Source: Botryllus schlosseri
Lineage: Eukaryota
Assembly (NCBI GenBank): GCA_051294905.1
Contig: CM119386.1
Location: 13,764,001-13,828,000 of the forward strand
Direction: 5' to 3'
DNA: 64,000 nucleotides
Shown here: piece by piece, positions 1 to 10,320 of the stretch
Numbering within the stretch: the first letter of the stretch is position 1
Layout: each line of letters starts with the position of its first letter
Notes under the pieces: model-generated
What the model was told of the DNA's origin: nothing
Databases searched by the model: none
The model's input: only the letters and a program-made list of their open reading frames with translations
Position numbers and translations under genes: made by a program

Positions 1-265
1 TTTCATCGTTTCAAAACATCACAAGACTGCGATACAATGAAAAGATAGGAAGCTGTCGAAACAACTTGGAGTAGCCATTAAGATCAGACACCCACCTTAG
101 CCTATGCGAAGCAAATAAGAGGCATGCACATTGAATGAAAAGTGTAATGCAGAGAATATAAGACGCAAGCGACAAAATGAGGTGGCTTGTGACGGAGGGC
201 GAGGTCGATGTTAGGTCGTGGTCCGGTAATCCGGGAGACTGGCTAGTATTGATTTAGAAGAAATT
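1..265 (+). repeat. Unclassified dispersed repeat (copies ~3555-3900, ~12060-12150, ~23400-23725 reverse, ~44100-44240)
   Basis: catcacaagactgcgatacaatgaaaagatagg...cttggagtag...tcagacacccac...gaggcatgcac shared among copies. Confidence 0.75.
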
Positions 266-524
266 GCTTGTATTTCGACTTGAATGCGGACATGCTCGAA
301 GACTGTCGGATAGCCGGCGATATGCTGTTTCACAATTGGGGTCCGGCATACTTGATAGAGCAATGCGTTTTCTTGTATTCAGTCCTGATCATATGGTACT
401 TGTTGTTTGTTGACGCGCATGTGCTGTATTTGTGCGCTTTTGACTCCGAGGTGAAGTAGTCGTTGAAATTTGAGGGACATTGACCGCAATGGAACTGATA
501 CATAAACTTGGCTATTTTTAGCTT

Positions 525-1392
525 CCTCCCTGATTAGAATCGCTGGCCTTTTTGCCTGATATATCAGGTGAGCAGCGATGATTTTCCAAGTTAAAGTAAT
601 TTAATAAAAAATAATTAAAAAATAAAACGTAGTGTGAGCACAGGACATCGATTCCCCTCATATCTTTCAAGTTTAGAACACCAAATCTTTTGAGAAGCGA
701 TTTATCAGTTGCACATCCAGGCCCCCGTGGGGCTTTGGCAATGATACGGATGACCCGATGTTGAAGTTTTTGCAGTGGGTCAATTGTATTCTTGCAGGCA
801 GCACCCCAACAAAGACTTCCGTATTGTAACTTTGATAGGAATAGAGTGTTGAAGAGTATCAACAGCACGCTGACTGGCAGAGTGTAGCTAAGGCGGTAAA
901 ATAGACCACATACCTTCGACAGTTGTGGTTTGAGTGATTGTATGTGACTCTTCCAGGACATGTCCGAATCCAGTAAAACACCAAGGTATTTGACATTTTT
1001 AGTGTTGGAAATTGGTTGGCCAGCGATGTCAACGGTTAGGTTATCGCAGGAGTTCACGACCAATAATTGGGATTTCGCAGCGTTAATCCGAAGGCTATTA
1101 TGGGACGTCCACTCATACACTTTGGGCATGTGATCACGGGTGACGGCATTCAAGCTTGCGGTAGTAGGTGCGTGAGATAGGAGGTGAGTATCGTCAGCGA
1201 AGAGTGTGGCATTCAATGATGTCAATCTATACTTCCAAACCATCATTATCAACCTGTATAGAATCGGTCTCCTGTGCTCACACTATGTTTTATTTTTCAA
1301 TTATTTTTTATTAAATCACTTTAACTTGGTAAATCATCGCTGCTCACATGTTATATTAGGTAAAACGTACCGAGATTCCAGTAGGGATTATC
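525..1392. repeat. ~120-bp inverted repeat arms (525-650 and 1262-1392) bracketing the LINE fragment; third diverged copy ~1615-1735
   Basis: cctgtgctcacacta(c/t)gttttatttt...tttaacttgg(a/t)aaatcatcgctgctcac occurs on the - strand at left and the + strand at right. The same peptide LCSHYVLFFNYFLLN appears in opposite-strand ORFs. Confidence 0.8.
647..1262 (-). mobile_element. Truncated non-LTR retrotransposon (CR1/L2 group) reverse-transcriptase fragment
   Basis: ORF 518-1252(-): LFADDTHL, WTSHNSLRINAAKSQLL, VKYLGVLLDSDMSWKSHI, LQKLQHRVIRII. This is the YADD-type RT core and C-terminal thumb region typical of CR1/L2/Crack-like ORF2. Confidence 0.88.
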
Positions 1393-1799
1393 GATGATGT
1401 AATATTGTATAAATTCTTCTGTACAAATAATTGCTAAATTCCACAAGAAAACAACCAGGGAAAGATTTATGAATTATTTTATTGATTTTTATTGCAGAAA
1501 TTAAACGGCTAAACAACTCCCTTTATTTGAATATTTAAGTAATTAATGGATATTATCTGTCATCACAAAGGAAAGTGCACAGTCTGCCATGTGTATAGAT
1601 TTAACCCAATATGGAATCGGTGTCTCGTGCACACCAGAGATTCTACTGACTACGCACAGGTGTGACGCTGAGAAGTGTCTTGGCACACCAAATATATTAC
1701 GCTAAACGTACCAGGATTCCAACCCGGGATTTAACCATAATTCATTGACGCTCCATCTACTGGAACTGAATTTCACATTTTGTTTAATCGTTTCTTTAG

Positions 1800-4678
1800 T
1801 GTCACGGCTACTCAACCCTCGGTGAGTTTTTGAGACGCGTGCACATCACCAATTCCGTGTGGCAAGAAGGCAGATTTCATTACGTAATGTGCCTGATTGA
1901 GCTGGTTGTCGGCGAAAAGTTTTATAGTCTCAGTGGGACCGCACGCAAAAACCTTTTCAACATTATTGGCACTCTAGTGGACAGAGGTAAGATTACTAGG
2001 TTGAATTAATGAAGGTCTGCATTGCAATAGCAGTATGAATGGAAGTATGGAAGTATGAAAATTATAAAGGTATGGATTTTTAATGTAATATTGGATTGTA
2101 TCCTTTAGTTTTAGATACAAAAGAGAGTATTCGGCAAATGAAGAAAATCGTCTACAGTGTTATGAAGTTGATGTTTATGTACAAAGTATCGTACATCGGT
2201 TCCAATCAAATTTGGTATGAAGAAATTGAAGTTGTGAGAACATGGATAAGAAAGTTGAAGCTTCTCAAGATTATTCCGGTAATATGTTTAAATCCCTTGA
2301 CTTGTCAGCCAAAAATATTCCGGTTTATGTCAATATCAATATACTATTCAGTTAAAAAAACGTTCTGAAATTCGAGCACCATTGGACCATGTCATGAAAA
2401 TATATTCATTGAAGTTTACATTTGAAAGTTGAATAGTATATTCATATTGAATTGAACCCGAATATTTTCGGCTGACACTCGTCAGGGGTAATCATCGGCA
2501 ACTAGTAGAGAATTCAAAAGCACATTGTATATCAACAATCGTATCACAAAATATGATATCACCAGCATGAAATTTTGAATACCAGAGCGCTCAATATACT
2601 ATTTTTAGATGTCTCGCTTCGTTGGGAGGGGCCGTTCACACTTTCATTTGTGTGTCTTCGAGTCGACTTTTATCAAAATACACCAGTCGAGGCTGTTCGG
2701 CAAGTGTCAGCCGAAAATATTCGGGTTCATTTCAATATGAACATACTATTCAATTGTATACTGAAGTCCTGTACCTCCAAGAAGCTCTTCATTTGAAAAG
2801 TTCTGAAATTCGAGCATCATGGGACCATGTCATGAAAATATATTTATTGTAGTTTGCAATTGAGAAGTAATTTGCATGTGGTAATGCTGTGGTTCATTTG
2901 GAAATGAAAAAAACGAAGATGTGCAGTAATTCAAATCATTCACAGGAAGCAAAATGCTACATTCTAAATTCGGTAGCCTATCCTGGATCAGGTCCTGATC
3001 TCTATAAAACCTGGTATTAAACTCTAATATGAGATCTCAGACTAATCTTTATCCTGTAAATATGTAATGCGCTGTACTCAGCTAACGTAAGATGTCTGTA
3101 ATTATTTCAGAGAGTTGACTTGAGCATAACGTTGACCGACATGCCGATTGAAGTGCAGAGAATTATCGTGCAGAGTCTCAATGATCATCGCGACCTCGAA
3201 AGCATGAGCCATGTCAACAAAATCTTCAAGGAACTGTGTAACGAGCCGGACGTTTGGAGAAATATGTGCCTACATCACTTTACAGAGGTTTGTTGCAATA
3301 GTTCTGAAATTGTATGAATAGAGCTGGTTGCTCCAGTGGGCCTACTGTAAATACAATTCCTTATTAAAACGAGGTAGTTTCTTATGAGATCAAGGCTTAT
3401 CTCTAGATGTTTGTTATGAAAGCATTTCTAAAATAGACCTATTTGACTGAAGTTGTGTAGGAACAGCGATTGCAAATCTGTTCAAGTCAAAACTTACCAA
3501 TCTTTTATCACATTTTCTTGACTGACTTATTCTAGAGACAAACCAACGGAGTGCAATGGTGGAATGAATACAGATTCAGTTCGATTTATTAACAATTTTT
3601 ATCAATTGAAAAACCACAAGATTGCGATAGAATTGAAAAGACAGGAAGGCGTCAAAACGACTTGGAGTAGTACTTGAAATCAGACCAGATCAGTACCACT
3701 TGAAATCAGACACCCACCTGGGCCTAGGCGATGTAAAGAGGCATGCACACTGAATGAAAAGTAAAAGAATGTAATATAAAAATAAGCGACAAAATGAGGT
3801 GGCAAATGAAGGCGAGAATGTAATGTTAGCTCGTGGCCCCTGGTAATCTTGAGGGCTGACTAGCAGTATTGTTGTGGCTTTCTGGGTGTAAAGATGATGG
3901 GTCATCTCATTGTATTTAAACATTAAAAACTTGACAAAACTGCAGAGGAAAATTGTCACCCATGCTGATGTAATTCGAAGATTGTAGAAGTGAATTGTAA
4001 AAAATGCATTACTTACATGGGATATTTTAGGTATCAGGGTATCTTTAGTGGTCTACGCTATGCGAAGAGTTTGTTTGAAATCCGTTACCGTGGTGGTTCA
4101 TGTTGAATCCTTTGTTGTTAGCAACAATTGGCCGAATGTGAAGAGGTTCTTGAACGGCGGAGGCGGAAGAGCTTGCTATCTGGAAGCAGTATTCATGACG
4201 TCACATGGAAAGTTAAATATCATTTCATGCTGAGGTTAGAGGACTGTTAGAGGACTGAAATATTTCTTGAACTTTTGGTCGTGGGAATGCAAACGTGCTG
4301 AGTAAATGGGTGATTGGTACTTGAATTATTATCATTATTGATGCTTCTGGCAATTTCGTATGTGTTGCCTGGGTTCTAACACATCTATATCTATATATGT
4401 ACTATTATTTTATAATCTTTTTTCTTCAAGGAGATACGAATTGAAGGAAGAATTCGCAGACCCTCTCATGCTTTGTCGGAAATGTCGCATATTGTTTTGG
4501 CAGGTCAGTAGCTCATTACTCAGTTTCAAAGCCATTTTGATATCGGAACAAGAACAACCATCCATAATCCTGCTTACAGGACTCGGGACACCCATGCGTG
4601 TCTGAAAATATGACGTCACTGTACGAAAAGATTCCCCCAAGGAAGTTGGTCTCGCTGTTTCAACTGCCTAATATCTAA
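1800..4678 (+). CDS. FBXO32: F-box only protein 32/25-like (atrogin-1/MAFbx family), 3' six coding exons; 5' exons not found in window
   Basis: Exons 1800-1986 (CHGYSTLGEF...RFHYVMCLIEL...SLSGTARKNLFNII), 2109-2278 (VLDTKESIRQMKK...), 3111-3287 (F-box LSITLTDMPIEVQRIIVQSLNDHRDL...VWRNMCLHHFTE), 4122-4234, 4431-4503 (RYELKEEFADPLMLCRKCRILFWQ), 4580-4678 (DSGHPCV...SLFQLPNI*). All GT-AG and phases match. Motifs recalled from atrogin-1 (HGYCTLGE, SLSGIAQKNF, LTLSDLP, LCKHCHILSWK, HPC). FBXO32 vs FBXO25 cannot be separated here. Confidence 0.92.
2425..2800. mobile_element. Hammerhead-bearing repeat family (Penelope-like/retrozyme-like, non-autonomous): head-to-head pair (- copy ~2425-2575, + copy ~2695-2800)
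   Basis: Shared consensus caattctctactagttgctgacgattacccctgacgagtgtcagccgaaaatattcgggttcatttcaatatgaatatactattcaattgtatattgaagttctg. Confidence 0.7.
2455..2490 (-). ncRNA. Minimal type I hammerhead ribozyme (intact core)
   Basis: Minus strand reads UACCC CUGACGA G UGUCAGC C GAAA AUAU UC GGGUU. Helix I is ACCC/GGGU; core CUGANGA and GAAA are present; there is a G10.1-C11.1 pair; helix III is the palindrome AAUAUU; the UC cleavage triplet end predicts a cut between 2460 and 2459. Confidence 0.75.
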
Positions 4679-5211
4679 GCACATATATTATATTGCACTT
4701 TCCTTTTTTAAAATTGTTATTTAATATGTTTTACTTGATTTTTCGCTGCTTAAGAGACTGCCTTCCTTGAATATGCCACCCACATTGGCGTTGATCAGAA
4801 CTTAGCTTGATAATGCAATGATGTAGTTGGATCATGAATCCTAAATTACATTGTCTGATATATTATGGTACAGCTGTGAGCGATTTCACCCGCATTTCTA
4901 ATATTGATGTTGATTTGTACTCAAATGTATGACATACTATGACAACATGCTTATGCGCTTTTCAAGGTATGCGTGGCTGGGATTAAATTCCCTGATTAAT
5001 GGCACCTTAATCATATGGGGAAGTTATTTGAGCTGTTGGCACTGTTTTTAAGGTTATTGATAACTGTGATTTCTCATAAGATAGTTCTGTGAACACTGAA
5101 GTTGATTGCTGTGTTAGATCTGATCTGAAAATTACTGGTCACTGTAAAATATTTCATTGCACTTTGTAAATAATCATGTTATCGAGTTTATCTTTACGTG
5201 TTTGGAGTTTT

Positions 5212-5217
5212 AATAAA
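5212..5217 (+). terminator. Candidate polyadenylation signal of the F-box gene
   Basis: First AATAAA I located after the stop at 4678, in AT-rich 3' sequence; unverified. Confidence 0.3.
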
Positions 5218-5526
5218 TTTTATGCATGCGAAGTTGTTCCGGTAGGCTACCGTTGTGAATTCCTTTGGCTATCAAATCGTGAGAGCCCGGCTAGCGTCTC
5301 GGGGATTACAGGTCTCCGACTCCGATATTTCAGGAGTATATTTGGGCTCATCCTCCCATGGGTCTCTGTTCCTACGGCGTCTCAGCAAAAATGCTCAGAA
5401 GCCAGTGAAGGGCATGTACAAAGAAGAAAGGCGTACAACAGAAATGATAACCAAACAACCAATATCAATATCGTCGAGTTATATTTTCATCTGAACAAGA
5501 CACACACACAGTGTACACTGTACAAT

Positions 5527-6424
5527 CAGTGTTGGGATCAAGTCAGTACCTTCGAGTCATTTCGAGTCACTGCACATTTTGACTCGAGTCAAGTCAATCA
5601 ATTTTCGAAAGTGACTTGAGTCAAGTCAAGTCACCCGATTTTTGGAGGTGACTCGAGTCAAGTCAAGTTGCCTTTTCGAAGTATGGGGCATGATTACGTC
5701 ATTGCATTGATTTAGCTGTCTGAAATGCAGATTGAGTTGTCATTGATTCTGAACCGATGAACGAATGAAGAGTTAAATATACACGCTGTATCGCTCACAT
5801 ATATGTAGAACTGTTAAACTACGTGGGTAATTGCATAGCCTCAGTGTATAGTTCGCAGCAGAATAGAGAATAGAGAAACGAATTGATAAGATGCAATACA
5901 TTACCCACTTTCAAATTGATTTGATACAATTCGAGCCTGCGCCAATGATTGAGAACTATATAAACTATATTCGAATTCAATATCAATAAAACAAGAGGCT
6001 TGGTTAAGGTAAGAACAGAAATAGACATTTTGCTGTTAAATTATTTTACCATAAGTTTACGACAACGTAAGCTGTAAGCTTCGATAACTTCGTTTGCGGT
6101 CAATATATTTGTGAGAGAACAATGGTGGCTCATTTAATCATTGAATTATTGAATGATTGCTCACTCCCACGGGTTACGCCAGCGTTTCGCGAACAATTCG
6201 ACCATATGCAAGAAACAGTGATTTTTATAGACACCGATTACTTGATGACTTGAAATTGACTCGTGAATTTTGCTCCGAGTCACGAGTCAATCCACATTTC
6301 TGATACGCCGAGTCAAGTCAAGTCAAGTCATTTTAGCAAAGTGACTCGAGTCAAGTCAAGTCATACGAAAAGGTGACTCGAGTCTAACTCGAGTCAAGTC
6401 ATGACTCGAGTCATCCCAACACTG
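5527..6424. mobile_element. hAT-type MITE with GACTCGAGTC-rich subterminal arrays
   Basis: TIR CAGTGTTGGGAT...ATCCCAACACTG; perfect 8-bp TSD TGTACAAT on both sides. Confidence 0.85.
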
Positions 6425-6489
6425 TGTACAATGCGACGCAATGAACAGATAAGAGGATGCCGAACGACGCGCAGTTGCGCTCTTTAGAC

Positions 6490-7690
6490 TGACGTCTACC
6501 TCGGCCCAGAGTGGCCGATCAGGGACGAAATAGCACTTCGTCAGCCCCCCCCCCCAAAAAAAAAAAGAAAAAACGTTGGCCTTGGGCCCTCCATATGATG
6601 ATAAACCGAACTTCTGGGGGGCGTTAGCTGAATCAACGTTTCTCGCGTGCTCGCGCTACGCGCGAAAAAATTCTATAGTTCATGATTGAATCGGTCAATA
6701 TGATCGGGAATTGCATACATATTGCTATCAATTTTTATCCTCTCTCTGCTCACGTAATCAGATTTAGGCTACAGGTAGAGCTGAGTGAGGTGTGTTTGAA
6801 AGGGAAGGACCCCTCAATAATAATTAAACATCTTATTCGGGCGTATACCCGTTGGCAGGAACGAAACAGCACTTCGTCAGGCCCCCAAAAAACACTTGGG
6901 TCTTGGGCTTCCATTGGGTGATAAACCTACCCCCAATCACGTTGTTCGCTTTTGCCATGGAATTAGCCGTACCGTTTAGAGAGCCGGCGCGCCTAAGCGC
7001 GAAAATTTTCGATAATTCATGATCAAATCGGTCAATAAGATTGGGAATTGCATATATATTGCCAGGGTTGTAATGACTCGAGTCGACTCGAGTCACGATT
7101 TTCTGATGACTCGACTTGACTCGAGTCATTTTTTCATAATACGGAAATGACTCGACTCGACTCGAGTCAATCTGTGTATTGACTCGACTTGGACTCGAGT
7201 CAATGCGCATGACTCGAACCAAGTCATTGACTCGAGACTCAGACGGCCAAGACCGACATTTCATTGTAATTCCGAAGCCAGCACACTGGTACTGGTAGGC
7301 TACTTGAAAATGTGACCAGAAACTGCAAAAAGTGGGGAAAATTGTTATATTATAAATGCGAACCATTCGATATCGCCAAACAGAGTTATACAAAGTGGGT
7401 TTACCAAGACTTTAACTGGAAACTGAGCAGTCAACACAATGACTTGGACTCGGACTCGAGTCATACTTCCATGACTCGGACTCGACCCTCTGCTCGGGGA
7501 CTCGGACTTGACTCGGTGGTGAATTGAAATGACTCGACTTGACTCGAGTCAAAACTATAAAAGTGAGATTGACTTGTGACTCGGGCCTTGTGACTTGGTT
7601 ACAACCCTGTATATTGCTATCAATTTCGTGTCCTCTCTGCTCACGTAATCAGATTTACCGCTAGAGCTGAGTGAGGTGTTATGGAAACTG
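6490..7690 (+). repeat. Tandem ~340-bp subunits of an unclassified repeat; inverted copy at ~9610-10090
   Basis: Shared blocks gaaa(c/t)agcacttcgtcagg/cccc, tcacgtaatcagattta..gagctgagtgaggtgtgtttgaaa, tcggtcaata.gatcgggaattgcat recur forward here and reverse-complemented at 9.6-10.1 kb. Confidence 0.7.
7063..7609. mobile_element. hAT-type MITE, GACTCGAGTC family (reference copy)
   Basis: TIR CAGGGTTGTAA...TTACAACCCTG; 8-bp TSD TATATTGC. The empty site is visible in the paralogous repeat at ~6712-6735. Confidence 0.9.
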
Positions 7691-8263
7691 TAGGGCCCGT
7701 TGGTATGACACCGTAACATAATGTTATTTTGTGACCTCCTGTTTGCTATATCAAAAATATAGAATCGCCCAAACGTAGGCTACTAAACTAAAAGACGCAC
7801 ACCAAATTTTAATTGGTATTTCTTCCCTGCGGGATGGTATTTGTCTTGTGAGATCCAGATTGCCAGGAGAGGAACATTCGCCGCCATTCATTTATGTAGG
7901 CGCTTAATTAAACCTATATGTATTTTGTATATATAACGAAGTTTTCGGTGAGCATAAGGGCAGTCCTTTTCGGCCAAGGTTTCCTCGCTGTCGATCGTTA
8001 TGGCACACTTCTTGGAGTCGCATGTTACATGTCCTAAAACTTTATATGTCTTGGTGCATCGTGGCCCGGTTATGGTCAACGTCGATAAATGCCCATTTCC
8101 AGAGGTGGTCAAAGTAGCCAAGAAAGCTACTCAAGTATAAGTAGAAGTAGCGACGAAAAAATCTACTTAAGTACGTGTAGAAATACTTCTTCCATAAGCA
8201 ACCTAAAAGTACTTGAAGTAGAAGTAGAATTGACTGACTTTAAAACTACTCAAGCATGTAAGT

Positions 8264-10320
8264 CAGTGATTCCCAAGTGCGGCCCCGAGGGCCGCATGCG
8301 GCCCTCAGATAGCCTTCGTGCGGCTCCCAAAATATATTAAGAAATCGATTTATGACAAAAATTTAAATTTATAAAATTCTTTTGCTTGGCTTGGCCTCTG
8401 TAGTTTTTAATTATAGAATTACAGGATAGTTGTGAGTATAGATTTCTAACGTTATGTCATTGCTCTTTCAATGCAATGTGCCCTAACTTTCCAGTTGAAC
8501 GGGCAGTAGCTCTAGATATAAATAGGTATTGATAACTTTCAAAACCGGAGAAAAATCCTGGAAAATGGTAAATTTTTCCCACTTCGTGGTCGCTTGACTA
8601 TAAGAGAAAAAGAAGCTCAACTGCCGGAAAATACAGTTTTTCTTTCACATTAACAGGTGGTTGACTGAAGAAAAGGTCAACTTTCCGGTCCAGCTCCCGA
8701 AATAGTCGCCGTAGCGTTCCCACAGTGCTGATTTAATGTATATCAGTCGAATTTGCCCCTATATGTGACCAAAATCCTCAAAAAAGAGACAAAATCTCAA
8801 AAATGAGGGCGTCCTACGAGGACACTTTTAAAAAAATCGAAAAATAGGACAAATCATCTTAAAAGAGGACGTATGGTAACCCGAAGATAACTAGATGTGC
8901 AACACGTGACTCGCGGTTGAATACGCCGAAATGCATACTGCTTAGCCAGCTAAAAGCAGCATAATTAGTAGTCCTATAGTCAGGGCCGTAGCTGTCGCAC
9001 CCCAAACCCCCCAATTGAGGGGGGGAGCTCGAAGGGGGCACACAATTATTTTTTCGTGAGTTAGCATAAATTCTAGAGTATCTATTCAACTTTTTCAAAA
9101 ATTTTTCGCGCGGTGCGCGATTTCAATTCGCCACATATCTTGATTATTGGGTACTCTTCCCCCAGAAAAAATATGCAAGGATTATAGAAATGGGCATATC
9201 AGCGTTTGCCATGACCGCACCAAGACATATAAAGTTTTAGGCCATGTAACATGTGACTCCAAGAAGTGTGTCAGAACGATCGGCAGCGAGAAAGCCTTGG
9301 CCGTAAAGGACTGCTTTTATGCTGACCAAAAACTTCGAAATACCAAAAAATTCGCTATATATACAAAATATATATAGGTTTAATTGTCCATATAGGCGCC
9401 TAAATGACAGGCGCCGAATGTTCTTGTCTTGGCAATCTGAACCTCACAAGACAAATACCATCCCGCAGGAAAGAAAATTATATGCCAGTGAAGAAATACC
9501 AATCTGAAATCGTTTGATCTTTCAGTTTAGTAGGTTTGGGCAATTCTACATCTTTTGATATAGCAGACAGGAGGTCACGAAATAACATCATGTAAAGAAG
9601 TCATATCTAGGGGTCCGCCCGCCCGAAGATGTTTAATTTTACGGAGTCTGCAGTTTCAAAGACACTTCTCACTCAGCTCTACCGGTAAATCTGATTACGT
9701 GGGCAAAGAGGACAACCATGCAATTCCCGATCTTATTCACTGATTTTATCATGAATTATCGAAATATTCGCGCTTCGCGCTGTCTCACTAAACAGTACAA
9801 CTTTAATTTCGTGGCAAAAGCGAACAACGTGATGCGGGGTCAGTTTATCACCCTATGGGAGCCTGGGGTCCTGACGAAGTGCTGTTACATTCCTGCCAAC
9901 GGGTATACCCCGGAGATGTTTAATTACTATTGAGGGGGCCTATACCTTTTCAAACACACCTCACTCAGCTCTACCGGTAAATCAGTTTACGTGAACAGAG
10001 ACAGGATGAAAATTAATAGCAATACATGCAATTCCTGATCATATTGACCGATTCAGTGATGAAACTAAAGAAATTTCTCGCGCTTCGCGCGTTTAGGTCA
10101 TGAAAGCTAATTCACTCAACGGACACCCAATGCAGCAGATAAGTAGCGGTAAACAGTGTACACTGTACAGTTTTGAAATCTCGTCAGGGCAATAAAACTA
10201 CTCCAAAATAGCCACGACGGCTGTTTGGGTCCGTTTCGTAACCGTAGTATTCGTGCGGCCCCGACCGCACTCTGAAATTCTAAATTTGGCCCTCACACCG
10301 AAAAAGTTTGGGAACCACTG
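8264..10320. mobile_element. hAT/Charlie-like element nested in the AGTAG element
   Basis: CAGTGATTCCCAA...TTGGGAACCACTG TIR, GCGGCCC...GGGCCGCATGCGGCCC subterminal motif, 8-bp TSD ATGTAAGT. Confidence 0.88.
8981..9610 (+). mobile_element. CAGGGCCGTA-ended element; a second, inverted copy (~7690-8099 plus 11482-11712) is split by the AGTAG element
   Basis: 9190-9600 is the reverse complement of 7700-8099, and 8981-9190 of 11482-11712. TSD not resolved. Confidence 0.7.

Noticed and set aside
1498-1590. Possible upstream F-box exon (WILSVITKES)
   Set aside because: Stops in all frames after the available acceptors, and no convincing donor.
6485-6890. Hammerhead-like GGAC-GAAA...GUC pieces in the tandem repeat
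   Set aside because: No proper CUGANGA upstream (CUGACGU only), and no helix I can form; on the opposite strand CUGACGA has no following GAAA.
6833-7393. 186-aa minus-strand ORF and similar DSSRVES-containing ORFs
   Set aside because: Chance open frames through palindromic MITE repeats; no protein motif.
5540-7609. GACTCGAGTC/AGTCAAGTC arrays as CRISPR-like repeats
   Set aside because: Eukaryotic context and irregular spacing; they are subterminal motifs of TIR elements with 8-bp TSDs.
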